A DNA stretch of 61,900 nt, filler included, from Choristocarpus tenellus KU-1152 (lineage: Eukaryota > Protista > Phaeophyceae), in NCBI GenBank assembly GCA_964200185.2. It is 10 parts of 10 records of this genome, joined end to end, with 100 filler letters (N's around TTAATTAATTAA, not from the genome) between each part and the next. Parts side by side here need not be neighbours in the genome. Positions count along the whole stretch, not along the records: positions 49,685 to 58,073 come from CAXNAD020004776.1; positions 58,174 to 61,900 come from CAXNAD020018275.1; 8 more parts are not named here. One strand, given 5' to 3'. This document shows, one piece after another, positions 50,831-61,900 of the stretch. The translations under genes were made by a program, and so were the position numbers. How positions within the stretch are numbered: the stretch's first letter is position 1; every line of letters begins with the position of its first letter. A model generated the notes under the pieces. The model was not told the origin of the DNA. It made no database searches and saw only the letters and a list, made by a program, of their open reading frames with translations.

Positions 50831-52702
50831 TGTCAACATTGAGGCGAGAACAAGTATAGGGCGATTTGGCAAGGATCTCCCAGTTAGGAACTTCTTCCTG
50901 CTATACCTGTTTTGATCCAAAATGACACAGGTTTACCTGTTCTTGTCGATTTGCCAAACAAAAACGGGCCTCCATCTCACAAATAGTGATGATGTGTACA
51001 CTCTATAAAATAATTTCTTCCCACAGACAGGACGAGTCAGTGTGTGTGTGTTTGTGTATGGGAAGGGGGGGGATTACCAACAGGTTTCTCATCATGAAGA
51101 GTAAACCCTATTGTACATACATAAGTTCATGCCAGCAAGCAGTCAAGCACAGCCCTATGGTGGGCCAACATGGTGAGGCATTCCATACGTAGTTGATACA
51201 ATCTGATGGTGAACACGACTTTCTATGATGTATTGACACCTAGGTCTACATCCTCTTCATCCCTCAATTACTTCATTTTTTTTAGGGAGTGTACACAAAG
51301 TCACCGTTGCAAATGTAGCCTCTAATATATATTCTTGAGATTTTCTAGTGAGCGTAACAGTATGTCATACCTACTAAAATGATATTGTTTTAGAATTCCT
51401 AGAAAGCGTCTGAGACAGATTGTTGCGCTTACTCACTAAAAGCGTGTTCTGTCTGAATGGTGACAACATATTCAGAGTGTGCAATAGTAAGAAGTCCAGC
51501 TCCTCCTTGCGATATCTCCCAGTATTTTATAATTCTCATTTTCCAGATACGATAGATAAGACTCAATGGCGGAAGGGGGAAGAAGAAATATTGAAGCGTA
51601 AAGAGCTTTTTATTATATTTTTGTCTTGTATTTCGAGGCAGAGAATATATTATACAGCGTCGTATGGAGTATACACTACAATACCTCTGATATTGCTTAC
51701 ATTGAGGAAGACCTTCCAATACTCCACAGTAGTTAGTTGCAGAGAACTCCATACTATTATATTCCACACAACCAACTCCGTCCAATCATATTCTGCTCTA
51801 CGTAAATACCATTGCGTCAAGTTGCCTTAGTCAAGAGAGCTTGACATGTTATCAACAATGTAGTAGTGTAATACAAGCATCACGCTAAGCTAGAATAACC
51901 AGAGTAAACGAGAGAGAGGAGGGTCAAACCACGACTGGCTGGATAAAGGTTAAGTAAGAGGCATTGTTAGACTCTTCTCAATGTACGACTGATCAGATCT
52001 TCGTCAGATTGTCACACAGAAATAAAACCCTTTCAATATTTCAATGTATAAAATATGTAGACTATGTACTACGGGAAAGTACTAAATTAATGAGGTCGCC
52101 ACAGTCGTAACAGTGTGCGTATCCAAATTCAAGATATTAATAATGTCACCCTGGGTATTTCAGAAAATCGAAAATCGAGTGTGTTGCGGTTAGTATACAC
52201 ATAAAAAAGAACAAAAACGTGTGGACGTGGCTGGACCTTTGTCGTAGACAAGTCACAGCATGCAAGGGGTGATGTCCGGACACCTCGTAAGCATCATCAT
52301 TATTATTATTATAATCTGGCTGACTGTGCTGTACGACAAAGGGTTTAGTGTACTATTCACTATGCAGAAGCAGTGATTAATTTTGACCATTTTAGGTACA
52401 TACATATGAGTCTGCCCCACTATTGTAAACAAACTGTAGATGTCTTACATCTGCCAGCCCAATAGTTAGGCCAGGCAGTTTGCCTTATGCAAGCTTGTAT
52501 AAATCACACACAATCTGCTTACGTATGAACCCCAACCCCACGCGAAGTCTACAATACATGGCATGCATTCACATGTCGCCAAAGTGAAACAAACGTAAAT
52601 ACAGGTTAACTTTCAAATTTGCATTCTCGGCTGGTGGAAAAGAACTCCATATCGGTACTACTACCACACAAAAGTCTTGATCCATCTTTTGCTTGAGCTT
52701 GG

Positions 52703-55700
52703 TCATTGCCCGACAGGTACTGCTTCCCCTATTTTCTCCGCTGCATCCTTGCAGGCTGATGCTGCCGCTATTGCTTGCTCTCCCAATGTTAGGGTATGTT
52801 CTCTTGCCTCCTGTAGAGCCTCAAGTATACCGTCCTTCGTGAGCATTGGCCTGGCGGAGTAGGAGGATGGAAACAATGGCAAATTTGGGTCCAGTAGAGG
52901 ATACGCTTTGCAAACAAGTGGTGGAGGCTAGTCACACCTCAGACACAGCATTGCATTGGCATATAGGCCAAGGCCAATTTCATCCCTGTTGTTATTAGAG
53001 GTCCCCTCTCAATCAACAACACTCACTCAGAAGAATACATGAGACAAAGCAGTGTGGACATATTCACACCTTGGACAAGGGAACAGTCGTCTAGCACAGT
53101 GCTACGTTTTAGAGTTACACAAGAATATAATCGTGCAAACAACAGACACTTGAGGCGTCTACAGCAAATGGGCGCAGCCGTCGTCCACCACAACACATTA
53201 CGGAGGAAATGGGTCTGAGAGTACATTTTTCTCTTTTGCATCATTTCTATTATTTTCTACCAAATATCTTTTCGGTATATTGCTTCCTGTTTTGGAAAAA
53301 GATCAAACTTTACAGATGTGGAACAATAATAAAATGACAAATTGGTCGGAAGCATTCAAAAATAAGAAAAAAAAATTATATACCAAACAGAACATACACA
53401 TTTCTTCTGTAAAACGGAGTCGAAAAAAATAAATCAAATGTGCTGGAACATTCGATGGACAACATATGTCATAAATAGAGGAAAGGACGCGGAATATGGT
53501 CCTGAAAACCGACGTTGTGGCAAGCCTTGTGCCAGGCAACAAATGATACGGAGCAAACAGCCTTCACCTTGTAACGGACAACCTCCGAAATAGGCGGAAA
53601 ATGGCCGAACGTTCAAGCGTAACACTAGCGTCTAACGTCACATTGTCCGAGCGATGGGCGTATTTATTTTCTCTTCCAGGAGGTCAACATTGATCAAATA
53701 GTGCTATCGCCAACTTGGACTAACCTGGTGGTCGGATTCTCAGCCAGGTACATGCATGCCACTGCTGCACGTAGAATCAGGTCAGCAGCATTCGGAACCT
53801 CAGGACTTCTTGACTCGAGAGCAAACACGAGGGACTCACATCCCCTTGCCTGCAAAAAATTATTAGCTACCTGGTTCCCACGAATCAGAAGGGGCATTGC
53901 CCGAGCAGAGGAACAGCCACCAGAAAGGGGTCACAATCATTGAGTCAATCTATCGCCAACACTACCAACAAAAAAAAAAATGAAAGAGAGAAATCGAGCG
54001 GGGAGGGAGTATTTTCTATCTATCTACAGTATTTTCTTGAAGACGAAAAGCAGCAGCATTTAGAACCACAAGATTGCCTAAAATGTTGTTGCATTTGCTC
54101 CGTAGCATCTCTGTAAACCTCTATCTTACTATTAATACTGTTATTGCATTTGACATCAGTTGCGCACCAATGGCGCCAAGGGCAACAGGGCGTCCCATAA
54201 AAGACCTAACACAATAAAAAAATTACTACTTGCTATACCTTGTGCTTCACTGTTAAGTCATACACCTTCCATCCAAATTGAAAATCTAGGGCGTCTATCA
54301 CTCAGGTATCTCTTACTGTATCTAAGAGCTCCAACCAGTCACAAAAAATCTCCTCCTTGAACTGCCATATTGACCTCTCAAAAAGTCACTCCTCCTTTCC
54401 TCTCTCCTGGTGGAGATTGTGCACTGTAAGACACCCTACCTCTTCGTCCTGAACACCCATAGCCACGCACCCCAGTGCGGCAGCAGCGGTTTGGGGATCC
54501 TCCTCGCCCAGCTGGCAGAAAGCCGAAAATAACTTCATGGGGTCCTTTTGCTTGAGGTGCCCATACATGGCAATGTGTGGAAAGAGGTTCAACAGGGCCT
54601 CTGTAGCTGCTCGCCTCACCATTGTGTGGTCAGAGCACTGACACAACCCCCCCCCAAAAAATAGAGAGTTGATTTGGTTAAGATAGGGCAATGAGGAAGT
54701 GATACGAGTTGTGCAAAACCGAAAAAAAAAGGCGCAAGAAGGATATGTTGCTCTTCAGAAATGCCGCAACAGAGTCTCGTACACACATTCACTAGCCTTT
54801 CCTCGCCATCATCTTTGTCATCGTCTTGTCTTTATTTTTGTAACCATTACCCGCATGTATTTTCGCCAGTATTCACCTAAGACTCTCTCGGTCGAAGGAT
54901 CAAAGCAGTTTTACTCACACATTGCCATCACCTTCTTTCACAGTGGCACAGGTATCTCGTGAAATATCAACTCGCATCATCTAGATTAAAACATGACACA
55001 TCCATCTTATAGTGAACTAACTGCACACGGCACAATATTAAAATAATAAAAAATGTGGCCGACAAGTCCGATCTCAGTCAAATCCATTTCCGTGCGCACA
55101 GGTAAGAGTATTGCGCGTCCATTTCTTTGTCATCAGTGATGTTCACATCAACATCAAACACCGAGACTTCCTGATAATTCCCGGACTAATTGCTGTTGAT
55201 GCTCACAATGATGTGATGTCATCCACCAGATCGGATGTTCAGATCAGGCTTCATCCAAAGATTTTTTTGGCTGTGATCGTTTTGGGTTTTGCTGAAAGTA
55301 ACCCTATGCTGACACAGCAACTTATTCTGAACACTTCCCATGACTCATTGGACCCTGCCTCATGAGAGGGGTACTCAAACCGGGACTCGAACCCTGGACC
55401 CTGGCTTTATCAGAGCCCCAAAATCCGATAAAAAATAATATAGTAGAATCACTTACACCATCAGTTAAGAACAAAAAAGACAAAGAAGGCTAAACCATAT
55501 TCCATTTAAAGGCGACACATTTCTGTGAGCAAACAACTGATTATCAAAGATTGGTTTTACGTAAGTGTAGGTAACAAAAACGCCAACAATATGAAACAAT
55601 GACTATTGATTACCTGTAGATAATGAAAGGTGGAAATCCCCTTCTCCGCCACAATTCGGTTCTTCACTTCATCCAGGCTTCCCAGGTTGGTCAGAGACAT

Positions 55701-55706
55701 CAGAGC
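52703..55706 (-). CDS. UNC45: UNC-45/UCS-domain (ARM) myosin chaperone, 3' four exons: 55706-55614, 54637-54440, 53870-53725, 52850-52703 (stop)
   Basis: Spliced: ALMSLTNLGSLDEVKNRIVAEKGISTFHYLQ|CSDHTMVRRAATEALLNL..MKLFSAFCQLGEEDPQTAAAALGCVAM..|VANNFLQARGCESLV..|RPMLTKDGILEAL..GQ*. This matches UCS 'FEALxALTNL..H.MxRRAATExxxNL'. Splice phases are consistent. Confidence 0.88.
55372..55418 (-). pseudogene. 3'-half tRNA-like fragment (Ile-like, GAT anticodon loop) or tRNA-derived SINE remnant in a UNC-45 intron
   Basis: Minus strand GGGCTCTGATAAAGCCAGGGTCCAGGGTTCGAGTCCCGGTTTGAGTA has an anticodon loop CTGATAA and a T-arm/B-box GGTTCGAGTCC. The 5' half is absent. Confidence 0.55.
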
Positions 55707-56629
55707 CTACAACACGCAGAGAAGTGAAAACAAAGACCAATCAAACAGACACACACTACAGTAGTTGACCCGAATCATGTAGGTTTGTAGGGGGGGGCAG
55801 TGAGGAAGACCGAGATGCCCCACATTGCATCTCTCTACAGGTGTGCAGTTCCATTCTATAAACTAAAACATGAAAGGTGAGAGATGATTCGGAGCCATTA
55901 CAAATATCCCACTCAAGCAGATAGTCTGGCTCAATAAACTACTCAGTACCTTACAGGGATTCAGCAAGTACACAGCCAATGATCCCCATTCACTTCCTGA
56001 GAAGCTAGCACTACAAATACAACACTTTGGTAGTGCACATGTATCTACCCAGTGTGGCGGGGCACTCCATCTCCATTTTTCTGACAGTTCAACAACACAC
56101 ACACACACACACACACAATTTTGGTAACAGCGTAACATACATCGGCTCTATTGCAATGATAGGTTCCCCTTGGAGACAGAACTACTTTCAGTGCACAACC
56201 ACTCACTAAAGCAGCTAATCAATGTTCAATCAATCAAGGAACAAGATCTTATCTTCTCACCTCGAACTGCTGCAGGTTGGTGGATTCGAACTCCTTACAC
56301 ATTGCCACCAGTGGCGGTACACACCTTTGTTGTAAAATCGGGAACGGAGCAACGAGTAGAACTCTCCATCAGTTATCCATCCACTAGGCCATCATCTACA
56401 ACAACAGCGGTAGACCTATTAATAATGAACTTGCAGTGGTCACTTCCTCTCACTCGCTCGGACCAAATGCCTACTTTGACGGTACTGACTGGGTAGGCAG
56501 AGCTGAGGGCTGAAATCTAGGAGCAAGCGACCACATGTCCATCCCTACAAATTGTGCCACACAAGGAGACACGGTAATCGAGTTCTGGTCCTCTAGAACT
56601 CTATTTCGGAGTCAGGTTGATGATTGAGT

Positions 56630-56874
56630 GAAAGCATCTTAAGAGGGCATGGATTTTTTTCCTGTTTGACTTCCCACAGGTTTTTAATGACATTTTACCT
56701 ACTCCGAAATGTTTCGAAGTAGGTAAAATTTATACGTTCCGAAAAGGTGTGTCGGGAACATGATAGATATTGACATCTCCTAACAAACAAGATAGTCATG
56801 ACATTACATCAAAATCACATCATTTGGAATTTGTCCCCTAAACGGACACGGCTCTACCTCCCTAAGATACTTTG
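56630..56874. mobile_element. 245-bp MITE with TIRs GAAAGCATCTTAAGAGGG / CTCCCTAAGATACTTTG and an internal palindrome
   Basis: Inverted termini; colinear with 27347-27580. Confidence 0.75.
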
Positions 56875-57494
56875 TCTTGATGGGGGAGGGGGGTCAAAAT
56901 TTCTTGTAAGGCGAACGCACTATTCTTGACTTGATGCAACACACACAGAATGTATCATGGGGTCAAAATGCTTCCGCACATGTCCCCCCTGTAGTAGTAC
57001 TCCCTTGATCTCATCGATGTTACCATTATGACTAGAAACAATAATAACAATTCCGGCATGACCCTGCAGCACAACAAACATTTTTTTTTCTTTATAGTCA
57101 TACTTACCAGAGTCAGAGATAGTGCCCCAAGCACAGCGAGCGGTGAGACTTTTTTTTTTTTTTTTCAGTGTACAGAATTCCACAATTGCCCTCATGGGCC
57201 CAAGCATACAATCAGGTCGTACAACACAGCAGTGAATTGTCTTGGAGTGCATCAGAATGATACCACCAAAGAGGGTGGTGCTGTTGACTCCTAAGTGCCA
57301 ATATGACTGCCTTGTTTGGAGGTGTTGTGGTGTATCATACACTTTTGTCTAACTATACTCTCACAGCTATCCTTTGTTTCCTAAAGCAACATCCTCCTAA
57401 TGGAGGGTTCACTACTTTTCAGGACATGAGCGTGTTGTATACTGCACAAGGTATTAGCATGCCTTGAAAGTCAAAAGGCCCAAACCGACCCTTC

Positions 57495-57552
<58 letters not shown>

Positions 57553-57620
57553 CCNNNNNNNNNTAGTTTTTTTTTTATCCCAAAAAGAAAAAAACTACAC
57601 CAAAAAAACAAACAAAAAAC

Positions 57621-57654
<34 letters not shown>

Positions 57655-57765
57655 ACCCCACTCCTCTTCTATGGTTTCACTCGATCCATAATGTCGTATC
57701 TGTAATCTATGCACATGCAGAATATTCCAGATCTCTTCAAAAGAGTTCTACCATCCTTGCAGCGG

Positions 57766-57847
57766 GAATTGAGGGTTAGGGTTAGGGTTAGGGTGAATCT
57801 TGTGCGCGGTTTCACCCCGAACCTAACCCCAACCCTAAACCTAATTC
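57766..57847. repeat. Inverted telomeric-motif hairpin: GAATT-(TTAGGG)3-TGAA..TTCA-(CCCTAA-like)-AATTC
   Basis: Directly visible imperfect inverted repeat. Confidence 0.7.
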
Positions 57848-58735
57848 ACTATCTGAGTGTTGCATAGGCAGCACACTATTAGCAAACAAAATCCATGTGA
57901 GTCACACGAAGGTGGACAAGGCCATTTTGAACACAATGGTGTGAACACAATGGTGTACACACAGCAAAAACTATGAGGGACATGGTCCCTGGCAATGTCT
58001 GAGGGAAGTGCAGACCCAAAGTATCTGGGGGGGGGGGGGTCTACACCAGGGCGTCCATTTGGTCCAAAATCGGNNNNNNNNNNNNNNNNNNNNNNNNNNN
58101 NNNNNNNNNNNNNNNNNTTAATTAATTAANNNNNNNNNNNNNNNNNNNNNNNNNNNNNNNNNNNNNNNNNNNNTTCGTTTTTGTCCCCCCCCCTTCCTTT
58201 TTTTCCCCTCCCCCAAAGGGGAGGAAACGAATTAGTTTTTTTTTTTTATCCCCCCCCCCCCCCCCCCCCCCCCCATCCCCCCCCTTCGTCAAGAACAAAA
58301 TATCTCCGATTTTGTAGCTATATCGAGGTGATGTAAACATGCTCCCCACATCTACAGCTCTCTCTCTCTCTCTCTCACGCACACACACATGCACATGCAC
58401 ACATCACTTGAATCACTAATACTACAATGATGGTACACAATTATGATACTCACCAGGCAGAGCGTGTGATGGGTACACTTCGGCAGCTAGCCAGGGATGG
58501 CCACACGGTTGTATGTTCCATCCACCAGGTATTTAATTGAATCTCAATGCAAGTCTAGCTCCTTGCCTCGTCTATCTCTCTTAGTATGTTGTGAATGGTA
58601 TCACTACTGCTGCTCCAGGGGTGAACAACTCTTCAATTGAAGTGGGGGGTGGGGGAAGGAGGGGGAGGCTGTGGACTGTAGCACGAGGTGGCATGTTATT
58701 TCTCGAGGTTTGTGTTCTGTTTTTTTAGTTTGGTG

Positions 58736-58947
58736 TACTATACTGTTTTACTATACTGTGATACTATACTGTGTTACCATACTGTGGTACTATACTGTGA
58801 TACTATACTGTGATACTATACTGTGGTACTATACTGTGATATTATACTGTGATACTATACTGTGGTACTATACTGTGATACTATACTGTGTTACCATACT
58901 GTGTTACCATACTGTGGTACTATACTGTGGTACTATACTGTGGTACT
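58736..58947. repeat. 13-bp minisatellite (ATACTGTG[A/G/T]TAC[T/C])n
   Basis: About 16 visible tandem units. Confidence 0.92.
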
Positions 58948-60228
58948 GCAGCTTTAATGGGTATGTAGACCGTGATTTGTTGACATATACACGTACTGGG
59001 CAGTGTAAGACACCAATGCAGTCGAAGAATCAGTAAGTGCATGAGCTGGACTGCAAAATAGGTCCTGAAGACGTGGATGGTCACAGATTTTGAACAAAGA
59101 ATGAAAGATTTTCCCCAGATAAAATGGGTTCGATGATGGGTCGCTATGCTGGTACAAGGTATGGTATGAGGTATGTATTGTTGGTGTTACAAGCTAAGTC
59201 CATTGTGTCATTGTCTACTTCTTTTGCCATCACACTCTATCGTTGACTGTATGTCCAACCCTGCTTGCACCCCTGCACAAGACTGAAAAAGTGCCTTGTC
59301 AAAGTTAATGGTGGCGTCTTCATTATATTGGGTGACAGTCTCAGGTTCTCTTGTCGTCCCTTCCAAGCACTACCACTACTGTGTATACTTTTAGTGCGGT
59401 TGTACCTCTTTTTGTCAGCGAGACATTCGGATTTTGCTGCTGTAAATAGTACTCTAGTGTTGCTTGTTGCGGCTGACTCTGTCCCCGCTTGGAGCAGTCC
59501 CTTTTTTAGTACTATTTCTTAGGCAAACTGTAGTTGATGTATGGAGTAGCAATAGAGGAGGTTAATGATGTGCTTCTGTGACCGAACAGTTGCTCTGGTT
59601 GCCAAAGTGAAACAGTGTGTCTTGGATAAACCCCCATTATTGGGGGTTTATTCTTGAGAAGATAGCGAATCAGTCAGGGCCTAGAGATCCATCCCGTGTA
59701 TCTGTTGCATCTATTTAACCCTAACCCTAAACAGTACACTAGGCTGTTGGCGTGTGTGCCTCAGCGGGGTATACCCTATGTATGCAGCCGCCTGATCACA
59801 ATCCAGTAGTCACACCAGTATTTGAGTATTGATCTCGACAGTGGTGACTGTTACTACGAGGGCGAAGAGGTACTGGTTTTTTTTTAGCTCGAAATACACA
59901 GGTGTTTTTACTTTTTTTTATGGTGATGGTAAAAAAGTTATGTCTTTTTTTTTGAAAAGATGATTTTTTGCAGTGTTTTGAGTTGGGAGTTTTTTCTAGT
60001 GAGTTTTTATTTGTAATTAGTTTTTGAGGCCTTTTGTTGTTCTACATTCCGTCGGCTGATGGATGTGTCAAGAGTTGCGGCTACGCATGGGTCGTGTTGA
60101 GCTCATATATATTTTTAATTCTTTTGGAGTGTGGTAGGGTTAGGGTTAGGGTTGTATTGTCTTGGTTCTACACCAGTATAACACTCCTAGTACACCGTTG
60201 ATAAGTACAATGCATAGAGGCTTTCAAC

Positions 60229-60230
<2 letters not shown>

Positions 60231-60283
<53 letters not shown>
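60231..60283. repeat. (CA)n microsatellite
   Basis: Directly visible. Confidence 0.95.
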
Positions 60284-60284
<1 letters not shown>

Positions 60285-60636
60285 TGTCTTACAAGAGGGT
60301 TCCATGAATACAATCTTTACCCCACCTCTGAGCCATCTTTTGTTTTCTTCTTAACATCCTCTATCAACCCACAACCCCTCCAAAAACAATCGGCGGAAGA
60401 AACCTCGATCAGTACCCCCTCGCCAAACATTACATGCCAAGTCAGATCCCACCCTCAAGTCAACCTCTCCACCTACCCTGAACACGTGCTATGCACCTAC
60501 ACGGTCATATCTTAATCACACAGGAACTCAGCTACATATGTACGATCAAATCAGCTCCACACTTACAACCCCCCCACCCCCTTCGCCACCAAATCTCTGT
60601 TACCCTACCTGCGGGCACACTCCCCTAGCCCCGTAG

Positions 60637-60811
60637 CTCTGTTTTTTCTATGTTTGACGATCTCCTCGTGCTGAGTGAGGGTGAGGTCATGTACCATGGG
60701 CCGGCCAAAGAGACCGCAAAGTACTTCCGTGCCCAGGGACACAGCCTTCCTGCCAATACCAACCCTGCGGAGTTTGCAATTGACCTTGTGTCAGTGGATT
60801 ACAGTTCCAAG
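60637..60811 (+). CDS. Internal exon of an ABCG/White-family ABC transporter (region after the H-loop)
   Basis: AG/GT-bounded; reads SVFSMFDDLLVLSEGEVMYHGPAKETAKYFRAQGHSLPANTNPAEFAIDLVSVDYSSK, the typical ABCG 'FDDLxLL..G..xY.GP..YF..G..P...NPAEF..DL' block. Confidence 0.92.
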
Positions 60812-61553
60812 GTGAGAAGTTGTGTCCGGGTGCCTTTCTGTTGGTGGCTGAGGGGGGGGGGAGGGCACAAGGAGGGTTTGGTGCAAGATTCGAAGTAGTT
60901 GGGGATGATGGTGATTTTTTGCCAAGATGCGCTTTGACTTGATAGAGAGGTGTCTCTTCAGGGGGTGGGTCAAGGGGTTGTAGATAGAGGTTTCGTATGT
61001 ACATGCAGGTCCAGAGGGTTGAGGCATGGACGTAGGCTTAGGTGACCGGAGTAATATTTGTTGTGCTCAGTGAGTGGCCAGTGGAGTGGCTAGTACTGAA
61101 ATAGATTGGAGTGGAGAGTGGACAGGTGTTGGGTAATGAGGTTATGTATGTAGGTTGTATTTCTACCTCTCAGGGGGTGGGTGTCTGGGTTTACTATGAG
61201 GAGCATGCCTGGTTGCATTAAACAGAAAAGGGAGTGTGGTTTGGAAGCTGTAGCTTACAAGGTTTGTTTTTAAATGAGCAAGAGGATCAGTGAAGTGACC
61301 TTTTTGCTCTAGTTTTTGGTCTTGGTCATACTTCCACACCACACTGAAGGGTGCTCTGCTATTGCAAGCAAAAAGGACTGTTGTTGTTGTTGCTCGTTGA
61401 GCTCTCTTGCACACTGGCTTCTTTCCCACCCAATCACGACATTCGCAAAGCGTGAGTGGGCATCAAATAGTACAGTGCACTCGGGAGTAGCGTATGTAGT
61501 GTTGTGAATCAAAAGAGTTTCAGAGTGTGAATTACGCCGACTTGGTAGGTTTT

Positions 61554-61633
61554 GTTCCACTTCACATTCCACTTCACATTATACTTCACATTCCACTTCA
61601 CATTCCACTTCACATTATACTTCACATTCCACT
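61554..61633. repeat. 12-bp tandem repeat (TTCACATTCCAC/TTCACATTATAC)
   Basis: Directly visible. Confidence 0.9.
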
Positions 61634-61900
61634 CGATTGAATCAAACCTTGTGCTCAGTTCCAAGCAAAACGAGAAAGCTCGAAGGGAATTGTGCCGTGC
61701 CACGCATGCACCAGAAGACAATGGAGCCACTGAGGGGCCGGACTACTCTCTCAACTATTAATTGATGGATCTCTCAACTGTCAATTAATGGCGCGGATTT
61801 ACTTAATCCTTGTGATTCACGTCGCTAATGTAGGGCGTTTCTCAGGTGGCAGCTTAACACTCTTGTGTTATTTTCTATCTTCTTGTAGTACTTCAACTCC

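Noticed and set aside
57100-57160. U1 snRNA (ATACTTACC start)
   Set aside because: Only 9 nt match and no U1 stems or Sm site follow. It is more simply a minus-strand GTAAGTAT splice-donor-like sequence.
58671-59036. 121-aa YYTVILYC repeat ORF
   Set aside because: Translation of the 13-bp minisatellite.

Overview
Eukaryotic nuclear DNA, not one locus. Ten short contigs are joined by nine artificial 100-bp linkers (N44-TTAATTAATTAA-N44), so neighbourhood across linkers means nothing. GT-AG introns of 0.2-1.4 kb, short exons, interstitial TTAGGG motifs and the transposon families suggest a stramenopile alga, probably a brown alga or close relative (inference). Host genes rebuilt from spliced exons: an ERMARD/DUF4209-like protein with two HEPN-type Rx4H motifs (+, 11134-15330); the 5' part of a PX-domain sorting nexin (-); the 3' part of a UNC-45/UCS myosin chaperone (-); one ABCG transporter exon; one histidine acid phosphatase-like exon; and a two-exon fragment of unknown function. 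Most of the rest is decayed mobile DNA: two DD39D-clade Tc1/mariner transposases (apparent DD40D and DD37D spacing), a two-gene PIF/Harbinger element, a pogo/Tigger transposase, Copia and Ty3/Gypsy remnants, a LINE-like 3' end, a recurrent CAAAGTATCT-G(n) MITE family, telomere-motif hairpins, and mini/microsatellites. No CRISPR array, rRNA or intact tRNA was found. The best candidate for a little-studied system is the tandem-HEPN ERMARD-like putative RNase. All family assignments come from recalled motifs, not database searches.
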